From: Lachnospiraceae bacterium
Lineage (GTDB): Bacteria > Bacillota > Clostridia > Lachnospirales > Lachnospiraceae
Assembly: GCA_963666475.2 (NCBI GenBank)
Contig: CAXXJM010000001.1
Span: forward strand, 630,019-694,018
Reading direction: 5' to 3'
DNA length: 64,000 nucleotides
A model generated the notes under the pieces. The model was not told where the DNA came from. It was given only the letters and a program-made list of their open reading frames with translations, and did not search any database. The position numbers and the translations under genes were made by a program. This document shows, in pieces, positions 29,381 through 38,734 of this stretch (the stretch's first letter is position 1; each line of letters opens with the position of its first letter).

Positions 29381-30535
29381 TTATTCTTCAGATTCAGCTG
29401 CAATCACAGCGTCAATGTCAACAGAAACTACATCTTCATCACTTTCTACTTCTTCAGCAACTTCTTCTGTCTCAACTACTTCTGGCTCTAACATTGCTTT
29501 AATACTAAGACTGATTCTACGATCATCCGCATTGAAATCAACTACTTTCGCAGTAACTTCTTCATTTACTTTTAAAACATCAGAAGGCTTTTCAATATGC
29601 TCTTTTGAAATTTGTGATACATGAAGTAATGCGTCTACACCATTTTCCAATTCAATGAAAGCACCAAAGTCAGTCATTCTTGCAACTTTTCCTGTTACAA
29701 TGTTTCCAACTGCGAATTTTTCATCTGCATCTTTCCATGGATTCTCATTTTCAAATTTCAAGCTAAGTGCAATTTTACTTCCAGTAATGTCTTTGATAAG
29801 CACTTTAATAACTTCGCCAACTTTAAATACTTTTTTCGGATTTTCAACTCTTCCCCATGACATTTCAGAGATATGTAATAATCCATCTGCTCCACCAAGA
29901 TCAATAAATGCACCGAAATCAGTAACATTTTTAACAGTTCCCTCAACGATGTCTCCAACATTGATATTGCCAAAAAGTTCTTTTTGCATTTCTGATTTTT
30001 TCGCTACGATAAGCTGTTTGCGATCGCCAATATATCTACGTCTTTTTGGATTGTATTCGGTTACTACAAATTCAATCTCTTCACCAGCATATTTGTTCAA
30101 ATCCTTTTCATAGGTATCTGATACTAGGCTTGCTGGAATAAAGATGCGTACTTCTTCAACAACAACACATACACCACCTTTAAGAACCTGTGAAACTTTT
30201 GCTTTTAATACTTCTTTATTATTAAAAGCTTCTTCGATAATCTTACTACCACGGTCTGCAGCAAGACGTTTATAAGAAAGAAGAACTTGTCCTTCTCCAT
30301 CATTTACTTTCAATACTTTTACTTCCATCGAATCTCCGACTTTAGCGATAGTAGTCAAGTCTACGCTTTGATCGTTTGTATATTCGTTCTTTGTTAATAT
30401 ACCATCTGATTTGTATCCGATGTTTAAAATCATCTCATCAGGTTTAACATCAATGACAGTGCCCTTAACTACCTCTCCCGTGTGTATTGTTTTAAATGAT
30501 TCATCTAACATTTGTTCAAAAGTTAATTCTGACAT
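29381..30535 (-). CDS. rpsA: S1 RNA-binding domain protein (ribosomal protein S1-like, four S1 repeats, acidic C-tail)
   Basis: Start at MSELTFEQ (ATG 30535), which follows GAGGAGG. Four repeats of the GxxVxGxV...G(A/G)F(I/V) type, e.g. GDIVEGTVKNVTDFGAFIDL and GNIVTGKVARMTDFGAFIEL. Confidence 0.85.
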   Translation of the reverse strand: MSELTFEQMLDESFKTIHTGEVVKGTVIDVKPDEMILNIGYKSDGILTKNEYTNDQSVDLTTIAKVGDSMEVKVLKVNDGEGQVLLSYKRLAADRGSKIIEEAFNNKEVLKAKVSQVLKGGVCVVVEEVRIFIPASLVSDTYEKDLNKYAGEEIEFVVTEYNPKRRRYIGDRKQLIVAKKSEMQKELFGNINVGDIVEGTVKNVTDFGAFIDLGGADGLLHISEMSWGRVENPKKVFKVGEVIKVLIKDITGSKIALSLKFENENPWKDADEKFAVGNIVTGKVARMTDFGAFIELENGVDALLHVSQISKEHIEKPSDVLKVNEEVTAKVVDFNADDRRISLSIKAMLEPEVVETEEVAEEVESDEDVVSVDIDAVIAAESEE

Positions 30536-31394
30536 AATTTTGAACCTCCTCAATAATTTTGCTAGGGGTTGAAGCCCCTGCTGTAATACCCACCAGCGAA
30601 ACAGAATTAGGCACATCTAATTGCAAATCATCCAGTGTCTGTATAAAATATGTGTTCATACATTCTGCTGCACAAATATCATACAGCTTTTTTGAGTTTG
30701 AGCTATTGGCATCTCCAATTACAAGCATTAAATCAACTTTCTTTGCGATGCTTTTGGCTTCGCTTTGCCTTTCAGACGTAGCACTACAGATTGTATTCAC
30801 AACACTATTATGATACCCTTTTTCACGAAAAATTTCAACTAATTCTTGAAATTTGTTTGTATTAAACGTAGTTTGAGTAACTATACACAACTTTTCACCT
30901 GGTTTAAAGTCATAATTATGTAATTCGTCACTCGTTTCTATCACAATTGCCTTCGTATTTGACCATCCTATGATTCCTTTGACTTCTGGATGATCCTTGT
31001 TCCCAATGACAATAACATTTTTACCACTTCGACTCTCTTCTTCTACAATCTTATGAATACGTTTTACAAAGGGACATGTTGCATCCACTACCTGCAATTT
31101 TGAATGCGTTAAGCGTTCCTGTTCTTCTCTCGAAACTCCATGGGAACGAATGACAACGATTCCATGTTCCTTTTTCTCAAGCTCTTCTAGAGAAGAAATC
31201 ACTTCCACATGGTTGTTCTTCAAATCGTTCACAACCGTTTCATTGTGGATGATCGGGCCATATGTATATATTGGCGTTTCCTGATCAATTTGGTCATAGA
31301 CCGTTTTTACTGCACGTTCCACGCCAAAACAAAAACCTGCACTTTTTGCAACAATTACTTCCACTTTATTTCCCTTTCTCTTCCATAATTTCAA
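30516..31394 (-). CDS. ispH: 4-hydroxy-3-methylbut-2-enyl diphosphate reductase
   Basis: Motifs AKSAGFCFGVERAV, DATCPFV and ICSATSERQ supply the three cluster Cys. A GTG at 31364 (VEVIVAK), just after the cmk stop, is a plausible alternative start. Confidence 0.9.
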   Translation of the reverse strand: MKLWKRKGNKVEVIVAKSAGFCFGVERAVKTVYDQIDQETPIYTYGPIIHNETVVNDLKNNHVEVISSLEELEKKEHGIVVIRSHGVSREEQERLTHSKLQVVDATCPFVKRIHKIVEEESRSGKNVIVIGNKDHPEVKGIIGWSNTKAIVIETSDELHNYDFKPGEKLCIVTQTTFNTNKFQELVEIFREKGYHNSVVNTICSATSERQSEAKSIAKKVDLMLVIGDANSSNSKKLYDICAAECMNTYFIQTLDDLQLDVPNSVSLVGITAGASTPSKIIEEVQNYVRINF

Positions 31395-32034
31395 GAATCC
31401 TTATGATGACTTCTTCAATACCCATACTTGAGGTATCAACTAAAACAGCGTCATCTGCCTGCTTTAACGGAGCCATTTCTCTAGTGGCGTCTTGATGATC
31501 TCTTTTTATAATCTCACTTTCAATTTCGTCCAAATCACAAGCAATACCCTTGTCCGAAAGTTCTTGAAATCTTCGCATTGCGCGTATTTTACTAGATGCA
31601 GTTAAAAAAATCTTTACTTCTGCGTTCGGAAGAACATAGGTACCAATATCTCTGCCATCCATGACAACGTCAGTATTTTTTGCAAGTTCTCTTTGCAAAT
31701 CCACAAGTTTTTCTCTAACAAACGGATAGGTAGCAACTTTTGAAGCCATTCTGCCAACTTCTTCTGTACGAAGTAATTGATTTACATTTTCCTGAAACAG
31801 ATAAACCATTTGTTCACCAGATTCATACACGATACGGATTTGAACATTTTCAACAATTTTCTGAATTTGCTCTTGATTCTCACCATCTATCCCGTTTCGA
31901 ATAACATATAGAGCAATTGCACGATACATTGCCCCGGTATCTACATAAATATAACCTTTATCTTTTGCTATTTTTTTCGCAATTGTACTTTTTCCTGCAC
32001 CTGCCGGTCCATCGATTGCTACACTAATACTCAT
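31366..32034 (-). CDS. cmk: Cytidylate kinase
   Basis: 222 aa with IAIDGPAGAGKSTIAK. Confidence 0.95.
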   Translation of the reverse strand: MSISVAIDGPAGAGKSTIAKKIAKDKGYIYVDTGAMYRAIALYVIRNGIDGENQEQIQKIVENVQIRIVYESGEQMVYLFQENVNQLLRTEEVGRMASKVATYPFVREKLVDLQRELAKNTDVVMDGRDIGTYVLPNAEVKIFLTASSKIRAMRRFQELSDKGIACDLDEIESEIIKRDHQDATREMAPLKQADDAVLVDTSSMGIEEVIIRILEIMEEKGK

Positions 32035-33305
32035 TCTTCATACTCCTTTAATTCATTTTCAAATGATTCTATCATACTTAATCCAGCTAAATAACCAGTA
32101 GACCAGGCAATTTGTAAATTAAAACCACCAGTTAAAGCGTCAACATCCAATACCTCTCCTGCAAAGTACAGGCCATTTACAATCTTTGATTCCATAGTAT
32201 GTGGATCCACCTCTTTTACGGAGATTCCACCCTTAGTAATGATGGCTTGTTCAATTGGTCGATTTTTTACAATATCCAGACGCATATGTTTTAATTGATA
32301 GGCAAACTTTTGCCTTTCTTCTCTAGTAATCTCATTCACCTTTTTGTAAGGATCCATTTCAGAACGTTTAATCATTTCAGGAATCAGCTTGGCAGGCAAC
32401 AGGTTGTTTAATGAATTTGAAAAATTTTTATTCTGTTGTTCTTCAAAATCTCTTAAAATACGTTTGTCCAATTGCTCCATGTCTAGCGCTGGTTTCAAAT
32501 CAATTTCCACATGATAAGCTTGTCCTTTTTTGTCTTTTGCAAGATAAGAACTGGCGCTTAACACGATCGGACCAGAAATCCCAAAATGAGTAAACAGCAT
32601 TTCACCAAAATCTTCATACAATGCTTTCCCATCAGCAAATAACTTTAATTGGACATTTTTTAAGGACAAGCCCTGAAGTTCTCTGCAGCTTTCTCCTTTT
32701 ACCTCCATCGCTGATAAAGCAGCCTTACATGGCACAATACTGTGTCCAGCCTCGATTGCAAAACGATATCCGTCACCTGTGGAACCTGTTGTAGGATAAG
32801 AAAGACCTCCTGTCGCAATACAAACAGCGTCCGCTTCTAAGGTACTTCCGTCGTCTAACATAACACCTTTTACGAAACCATTCTTGATGATTAGTTCCTT
32901 TACAATGGTATGATAACGTACATCCACTTTTTTCTCTTTCAATTCATTTTGAAGCACTTTAATTACATCTGACGCATGATCGGAAATTGGAAACACACGA
33001 TTTCCTCTTTCCACTTTCATTCGACATCCAAGCTCTTCAAAATATTCCATTACACGAAATGCATCAAATCCATAAACTGCACTATATAAAAATTTTGGAT
33101 TCGAAACGACTGACTGAAAATATTCCACCGTATCACATGCATTTGTAACATTACAACGGCCCTTCCCTGTAATATATATTTTTTTTCCAATTTTCTCGTT
33201 TTTTTCCAATAATGTGACAGATACTCCTGGCACACTTGCATGAATGGCTGCCATTACACCAGCGGCCCCTCCACCAATCACAATAACTTTTTTATTTTTT
33301 ACCAA
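32031..33305 (-). CDS. NAD(P)/FAD-dependent oxidoreductase, HI0933/BaiN family
   Basis: VIVIGGGAAGVMAA dinucleotide fold, GKGRCNVTN, C-terminal GGFNLQIAWSTG. Confidence 0.8.
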   Translation of the reverse strand: MVKNKKVIVIGGGAAGVMAAIHASVPGVSVTLLEKNEKIGKKIYITGKGRCNVTNACDTVEYFQSVVSNPKFLYSAVYGFDAFRVMEYFEELGCRMKVERGNRVFPISDHASDVIKVLQNELKEKKVDVRYHTIVKELIIKNGFVKGVMLDDGSTLEADAVCIATGGLSYPTTGSTGDGYRFAIEAGHSIVPCKAALSAMEVKGESCRELQGLSLKNVQLKLFADGKALYEDFGEMLFTHFGISGPIVLSASSYLAKDKKGQAYHVEIDLKPALDMEQLDKRILRDFEEQQNKNFSNSLNNLLPAKLIPEMIKRSEMDPYKKVNEITREERQKFAYQLKHMRLDIVKNRPIEQAIITKGGISVKEVDPHTMESKIVNGLYFAGEVLDVDALTGGFNLQIAWSTGYLAGLSMIESFENELKEYEE

Positions 33306-34227
33306 TATCTTCTCCTCGCATGAGCGGGTTTGTCAGAACTGGCTCATTATTTACAAAGTTTATTTCGTCATTCAAATACACTTGATAGTTATTCCATGTA
33401 TTTTCCAACAGTTCCAAATTCTTTCGAACTTTATCTTTTTCTTTTAAACAAAGGCATACAACAAGTGCATTAATAAGACTGAGTGGTGCAACCAATGAAT
33501 CCACCACCGAAAACATATCGCTTTTCGCTAGTAAATGACATGACGAATACATGTTGATCGGTGAATGTGGTGCATCTGTAATCGCAATCACTTGTGCTTT
33601 TCGATCTTTCGCAAACTCCATGGCCTTTAATGTACGCATGGAGTATCTTGGGAAACTTATTCCAATTAAAACGTCTTCTGGTCCAATATGTATCATTTGT
33701 TCAAACATCTCTGTTGTGCTTGTCGTATGTAGTTGAACCACATCATCAGAAACCATTTTCAAATAAAAACTCAGAAAAGAAGCGAGCGGTTCGCAACTTC
33801 TAAGGCCAACTACATATATTTTCTTCGCTTTTAAAATCATATTGATTGCCGTATCAAATACATTGGTATCAATCGTCTGTATTGTGTCATTTATTTTTTC
33901 CATGTCTGCTCTCAAAACACTGTGTACAATATCTTTTTGAGAAGAACTGCCATATTTTACAGACATTTTCGATACCCGATTCAATTCTCCTTTAACCCAC
34001 TCTTCTAGCGTTTTTTGAAACTCCGGATACCCGTTATATCCTAGGCTCGATGCAAAGCGGACCACAGTCGATTCACTAATATGAACAACTTCTCCCAATT
34101 TTGCAGCAGTCATAAATACAGCCTGTTCATAATGATTGCAAATATACTCTGCGATCACTTTATGACTTTTACTCATATTCTGGTAATTTTCATTTATTTG
34201 CTCGATTACATTACTTGAATTTATCAT
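33292..34227 (-). CDS. MurR/RpiR-family transcriptional regulator (HTH + SIS domain)
   Basis: N-terminal HTH_6 (MTAAKLGEVVHISESTVVRFASSLGYNGYPEF) and a SIS domain (KKIYVVGLRS). Confidence 0.85.
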   Translation of the reverse strand: MINSSNVIEQINENYQNMSKSHKVIAEYICNHYEQAVFMTAAKLGEVVHISESTVVRFASSLGYNGYPEFQKTLEEWVKGELNRVSKMSVKYGSSSQKDIVHSVLRADMEKINDTIQTIDTNVFDTAINMILKAKKIYVVGLRSCEPLASFLSFYLKMVSDDVVQLHTTSTTEMFEQMIHIGPEDVLIGISFPRYSMRTLKAMEFAKDRKAQVIAITDAPHSPINMYSSCHLLAKSDMFSVVDSLVAPLSLINALVVCLCLKEKDKVRKNLELLENTWNNYQVYLNDEINFVNNEPVLTNPLMRGEDIGKK

Positions 34228-34251
34228 GTATTCGTAATTCCCTTCTTCCTA

Positions 34252-34803
34252 TCACTTTAGCACACAACTTTCGTAATGTTCTGCTAAAAGTTTTTCTGTT
34301 TCCTCTTCGGTCAAGTCATAATCTCCAGTGATAACCATACATGCTGCCCCATGAATAAAAATCCACATTTTCATGAATACCGTACCTGGATCTTTGCAAC
34401 CTGAATTTTTTGCATTTAAAAATTCTGCTCCAACTGCATTTTTTTCACCATTCAAAAGCTCATATAAGCTTCTATTTCCACGATAATCAGAAAGAAATAG
34501 CAACGTGAACAGTTGTTTTTCCTTTTTTGCAAAATGGATATATGCCATTCCCAAATCAACAAATGGTACGTTTGATTTTTTTGGATAAGAATCATAAAAT
34601 TTCGAATAATATGCAATTGCTTTTTGAAAAACTTCTTCTATAACTTCCGACATATTATGAAACGCACGAAAAATCGGTTGCGTTGAGCATTCAGCTCGAT
34701 TTGCAAGATGTCTTGCAGTTAATTCCTGAATTCCATCATTCTTTGCCATGTCAAAAGCAATATCTAAAATATCCGTACGATTAAATTTAATTTGTCTTGG
34801 CAT
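34252..34803 (-). CDS. TetR/AcrR-family transcriptional regulator
   Basis: N-terminal HTH (ELTARHLANRAECSTQPIFRAFHNM). The third-codon ATG (34803) is better spaced from the AGAGGGAG RBS than 34809. Confidence 0.85.
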   Translation of the reverse strand: MPRQIKFNRTDILDIAFDMAKNDGIQELTARHLANRAECSTQPIFRAFHNMSEVIEEVFQKAIAYYSKFYDSYPKKSNVPFVDLGMAYIHFAKKEKQLFTLLFLSDYRGNRSLYELLNGEKNAVGAEFLNAKNSGCKDPGTVFMKMWIFIHGAACMVITGDYDLTEEETEKLLAEHYESCVLK

Positions 34804-34839
34804 TTTCATCTCCCTCTAGTCCCATTTTATGTCAAAAAA

Positions 34840-34866
34840 ATAACATATGTTATCCACATATGTTAT
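34840..34866. promoter_or_regulatory. Candidate TetR operator: 14-bp perfect palindrome plus a direct half-repeat
   Basis: ATAACATATGTTAT (34840-34853) is a perfect palindrome. ACATATGTTAT is repeated at 34856-34866. The site lies 35-60 nt upstream of the tetR start and next to a TAAAAT -10-like box. Confidence 0.5.
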
Positions 34867-34897
34867 TTTAATATATTTTTTTACGACGTGCAAGACT

Positions 34898-36325
34898 TTA
34901 TACTGGATAAACTCCCACTTCTTTATCAGCAATCGTAAGATCCACCTTATCTTGCTGCGCTTTGCGATATTTAAAGAAATCCAATGCTACTTTTGGAAAG
35001 AGTGCATAGGTCAAAACATCTTCATCCTGTTGCTTCCATTCTTTCATTTCCGATTCAATGGATGACAATTCATTTGGTATTAAATCTGCAGGACGACAAG
35101 TGATTCTTTCCTCTCCCGGAACAACTTTATCAATAACTTCCTGATTAATTGGTTTTATGGTCTGTCCATATCTTCCTAAAAGTAAATCTTTGGTCTGCCC
35201 AGTTGCGGTTTTATAACGCTCACCCATCAAAACATTGAATACAGCCTGTGTTCCAACAATTTGCGAGGAAGGGGTAACCAAAGGTGGTTCCCCAAGATCC
35301 TTTCGAACTCTTGGAATCTCATTTAATACTTCTTCATATTTATCCTCAGCGTGCTGCTCCTTCAATTGGCTAATCATATTCGAAAGCATTCCACCAGGAA
35401 CTTGGTACAACAATGTTTTAATATTTACACCAAGCGTTTTAGGATTCATCATTCCATTTTCCAGACATTTCTCGCGATATGGTCTAAAATAATCAGCAAT
35501 TTCAGACAAGATACCTTGATCATATCCAGTGTCATATGGTGTCCCTTTAAAGGTTTCTACCATTACTTCAGTTGCAGGTTGTGCAGTACCCATTGAGAAT
35601 GGAGAAATCGCACAATCAATAACATCCACTCCCGCTTCTACCGCTTTTAAATAGGACATACTTGCGACACCCGAAGTATAATGTGCATGAAGTTGAATTG
35701 GGAGATTTGTAACAGATTTCATTGCTTCTATTAATTCGGTCGCCTTATATGGGAGAAGCAAACCCGCCATATCTTTGATACAAATGCTGTCTGCACCAAG
35801 AGATTCAATATCTTTTGCCATCTTTTTCCAATATTCTAAGGTATAGGCATCTCCTAAAGTGTATGAAAGTGCAACTTGAGCCTCTCCTTTTCCAGAACGA
35901 TTTTTTTCTGCAATAGTCGCTTTTACAGATGCCTCCAAGTTTCTCAAATCATTTAAACAGTCAAAAATACGAATGATATCGATTCCATTTGCAATGGATT
36001 TTTGCACAAAATAGTCCACCACATCATCTGCATAATGACGATATCCTAAAATGTTTTGTCCTCGAAAGAGCATTTGAAGTTTTGTGTTTGGACAACCACT
36101 ACGAATCTTACGAAGTCTCTCCCATGGGTCTTCTTTTAGAAAACGAAGCGACGCATCAAATGTAGCACCACCCCAACATTCTAAAGAATGATATCCAACT
36201 TCATCCAGTTTTGACAAAATAGGAACCATCATTTCTGTAGGCATTCTCGTCGCAATTAAAGATTGATGCGCATCGCGAAGAATGGTTTCTGTTATTCTAA
36301 TAGGCTTTTTTACTAGTTCTGCCAT
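34898..36325 (-). CDS. Oxaloacetate decarboxylase alpha / transcarboxylase 5S-type carboxyltransferase, without biotinyl domain
   Basis: 475 aa. ITETILRDAHQSLIATRM and the HMGL-like TIM barrel. No AMKM biotinylation motif at the C-terminus. Confidence 0.85.
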   Translation of the reverse strand: MAELVKKPIRITETILRDAHQSLIATRMPTEMMVPILSKLDEVGYHSLECWGGATFDASLRFLKEDPWERLRKIRSGCPNTKLQMLFRGQNILGYRHYADDVVDYFVQKSIANGIDIIRIFDCLNDLRNLEASVKATIAEKNRSGKGEAQVALSYTLGDAYTLEYWKKMAKDIESLGADSICIKDMAGLLLPYKATELIEAMKSVTNLPIQLHAHYTSGVASMSYLKAVEAGVDVIDCAISPFSMGTAQPATEVMVETFKGTPYDTGYDQGILSEIADYFRPYREKCLENGMMNPKTLGVNIKTLLYQVPGGMLSNMISQLKEQHAEDKYEEVLNEIPRVRKDLGEPPLVTPSSQIVGTQAVFNVLMGERYKTATGQTKDLLLGRYGQTIKPINQEVIDKVVPGEERITCRPADLIPNELSSIESEMKEWKQQDEDVLTYALFPKVALDFFKYRKAQQDKVDLTIADKEVGVYPV

Positions 36326-36351
36326 GTGTTATCCCTCCATTTTCTAAGATT

Positions 36352-37527
36352 CTATATTCCAAAAATCGCCATAAAAGTTCCAGCTGCAACTGCAGTTCCA
36401 ATCACACCAGCTACATTTGGTCCCATTGCATGCATCAGTAAGAAGTTTGATGGGTCTTCTTCTGCTCCAATTTTTTGTGAAACTCTTGCTGCCATTGGCA
36501 CTGCTGATACACCCGCAGACCCAATCAAAGGATTTACCTTGCCACCCGTGACCAAGCACATTAATTTTCCAAAAAGAACACCTGCGGCAGTTCCGACCAT
36601 AAATGCGACCAACCCAAGAGCCACGATTTTAAGTGTTGTCAAATTCAAAAATGCATCTGCACTTGTAGTTGCTCCAACTGAAGTACCCAGCAAAATAACA
36701 ACGATATACATTAACGCATTTGAAGCGGTTTCCGTTAGTTGTCTTACTACACCACTTTCTTTAAACAAATTTCCCAACATAAACATTCCTACAAGAGGTG
36801 CTGTCGTCGGCAGAATCATACATACTACCATGGTAACAATGATGGGGAATAGAATTTTTTCTAATTTTGAAACTGGTCTCAATTGCTCCATTTTGATACG
36901 GCGCTCTTTTTTAGTTGTTAGTAATTTCATGATCGGTGGTTGGATAATTGGAACCAATGACATGTATGAATAAGCTGCTACTGCAATCGGACCAAGTAAT
37001 GCCGTCTGCCCTAGTTTTCCTGCCAAAAAGATTGATGTAGGGCCATCTGCACCTCCAATAATAGAAACAGCTGCTGCGGCCTGATCATTAAATCCCAAAG
37101 CTATCGCTCCAAAATACGCAGTAAATATTCCGAATTGAGCGGCCGCTCCTAGTAAAAAACTTTTTGGATTTGCTATCAACGGACCAAAGTCCGTCATTGC
37201 ACCAACCCCCATAAAGATCAGCGATGGTAAAATTGACCATTCATCTAACAAATAAAAATAATATAGTAAACCACCAGGTTCTCCATCCGGTCCAATATGC
37301 GACATAATGTCTGGATAAATATTGACCAGAATCATTCCAAATGCGATTGGAATAAGAAGTAGTGGCTCATACTGTTTTTTAATTGCAAAAAACAGCAATA
37401 TACAGGCTACTAAAATCATTATATAATTTCCAACTTGCAAATTTAAAAATGCAGTCTGATTAAGTAGGCCCTTTAAAGTACCTAAAACATCAACAGCCAT
37501 GAATTGCCTCCTATAAGAATTGCTCAT
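36352..37527 (-). CDS. Sodium ion-translocating decarboxylase beta subunit
   Basis: 391 aa polytopic membrane protein of the OadB/MmdB/GcdB type ([28 protein letters not shown]). Confidence 0.9.
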   Translation of the reverse strand: MSNSYRRQFMAVDVLGTLKGLLNQTAFLNLQVGNYIMILVACILLFFAIKKQYEPLLLIPIAFGMILVNIYPDIMSHIGPDGEPGGLLYYFYLLDEWSILPSLIFMGVGAMTDFGPLIANPKSFLLGAAAQFGIFTAYFGAIALGFNDQAAAAVSIIGGADGPTSIFLAGKLGQTALLGPIAVAAYSYMSLVPIIQPPIMKLLTTKKERRIKMEQLRPVSKLEKILFPIIVTMVVCMILPTTAPLVGMFMLGNLFKESGVVRQLTETASNALMYIVVILLGTSVGATTSADAFLNLTTLKIVALGLVAFMVGTAAGVLFGKLMCLVTGGKVNPLIGSAGVSAVPMAARVSQKIGAEEDPSNFLLMHAMGPNVAGVIGTAVAAGTFMAIFGI

Positions 37528-37533
37528 CGAACA

Positions 37534-37896
37534 CTAGTCTAAAGTAACTAATACTGCTCCCGACTCAATCATTTGTCCCTCAGTTACATCGATGCTTGCT
37601 ACAACACCATCTAATGGAGCCACAACCGGAATTTCCATTTTCATTGCCTCTATAACGACTATTGTATCACCAGATTTTACAGAATCCCCAATTTTCGATT
37701 CAATTTTAAACACTTTTCCAGCCGCTCCGGCTTTTACCAAAACCGCACCAGCTGAACCTTTTGCCACTTGTGGTGCAGGTGCGGAGATTACAGGAGCCTT
37801 AGGAGCCTCTGGTGTCGCCTTCATTCCATTTGCAGAACCTTCTTCAACTACAACATCATATACGTTTCCATTTACAGTAATGGTATAATTTTTCAT
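37534..37896 (-). CDS. Biotin carboxyl carrier protein (biotinyl domain)
   Basis: 120 aa. Ala/Pro linker and biotinylation motif IEAMKMEIPV. Confidence 0.9.
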   Translation of the reverse strand: MKNYTITVNGNVYDVVVEEGSANGMKATPEAPKAPVISAPAPQVAKGSAGAVLVKAGAAGKVFKIESKIGDSVKSGDTIVVIEAMKMEIPVVAPLDGVVASIDVTEGQMIESGAVLVTLD

Positions 37897-37918
37897 TTTC
37901 TTTCCTCCTAAGTATTCC

Positions 37919-38719
37919 TTATTTTAAGCTGTTTTTCCATTTAGATACATTTGATTTTCGAATAGAACGAACAGTAAATCCATCTGTTGAGTCGGTCCCT
38001 TCGTATGCTGCAATTGCAGCAGCAATAACCGCTACAAGTTCTGTGTCATCAACAAGTTCCTCTTCTTCTTTCGTTGTGATCTGAGCAATTGCCTGATCCA
38101 TAAACTGATCATTCAAAGAATCTTTTTTTTCAAAGAGACTCTGAATTTTAGGAATGTATTGAAAACATGAAATAATTAAACTAATTAAAATCAGAATCAC
38201 AAACACAGTTCCCATCCCGAGAAGTGTATTCATGGCTGCTCCAGCCATTTTCTGACCTAGTGTATACTGAACATCCGTTTGACATCCTGTGATTTCATAG
38301 GAATCATTCACATAAACTATAAATTTTGCATCCATACCTTCGCTTCCATGAAGAATCATAGAAACGATTGCCTCGTCTTCATCTACCTCGTAGACTGGAT
38401 CGTCAACAAGAACAATATCTCCGATTACTTTACTTGCATTTCGGTAAGATTCAATACCATCTAAGATTGTAGTTTTCTCAATCGTTATGCCATAATTGGA
38501 TTTTATATTGCTTGAAACAACCATCCATTCGTATGCTGAAAGTGTCTCGAGATATGAGAACTGCTCTTCCGTCGAGCTGCTTTCAACAAGAGAAAAAGCC
38601 ACTTCTGCTTCATATTTCATATCGGATTCGAGCATTAAACTTTCCGTGGAATTCTCCCCGCATGCGGATAAGGAAAGAAGTAAGACAAGTGTGCATAATA
38701 CTGTGATTATTTTTTTCAT
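37919..38719 (-). CDS. Lipoprotein-like domain fused to an OadG/MmdD-type decarboxylase anchor subunit
   Basis: Signal peptide plus lipobox (LLLSLSAC), ~150-aa unknown domain, one TM segment (LLGMGTVFVILILISLIISCF), and an OadG-like tail (ELVAVIAAAIAAYEG...FTVRSIRK..W). Confidence 0.6.
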   Translation of the reverse strand: MKKIITVLCTLVLLLSLSACGENSTESLMLESDMKYEAEVAFSLVESSSTEEQFSYLETLSAYEWMVVSSNIKSNYGITIEKTTILDGIESYRNASKVIGDIVLVDDPVYEVDEDEAIVSMILHGSEGMDAKFIVYVNDSYEITGCQTDVQYTLGQKMAGAAMNTLLGMGTVFVILILISLIISCFQYIPKIQSLFEKKDSLNDQFMDQAIAQITTKEEEELVDDTELVAVIAAAIAAYEGTDSTDGFTVRSIRKSNVSKWKNSLK

Positions 38720-38734
38720 AGTATCGTCACCTTT

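Noticed and set aside
29655-30113. 152-aa plus-strand ORF. Similar antisense ORFs occur at 21444..21878, 22394..22855, 38496..38840, 49386..49766, 56517..56927 and 57977..58312.
   Set aside because: All lie opposite well-supported genes, have low-complexity or Ser/Phe/Ile-rich translations, and lack RBS or promoter signals. They are treated as shadow ORFs.
30516-31394. Possible frameshifted pseudogene of a fused ispH-rpsA.
   Set aside because: Both ORFs are full length. The downstream one has a strong RBS and ATG, so the pair is reported as two genes (see the finding) and not as a pseudogene.
36326-36973. 215-aa plus-strand ORF, along with 36344..36559 on the minus strand in another frame.
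   Set aside because: It lies entirely antisense to or inside the decarboxylase beta-subunit gene. Its Ala/Pro/Thr/Ile-rich composition is typical of the shadow frame of a membrane protein gene, and it has no RBS.
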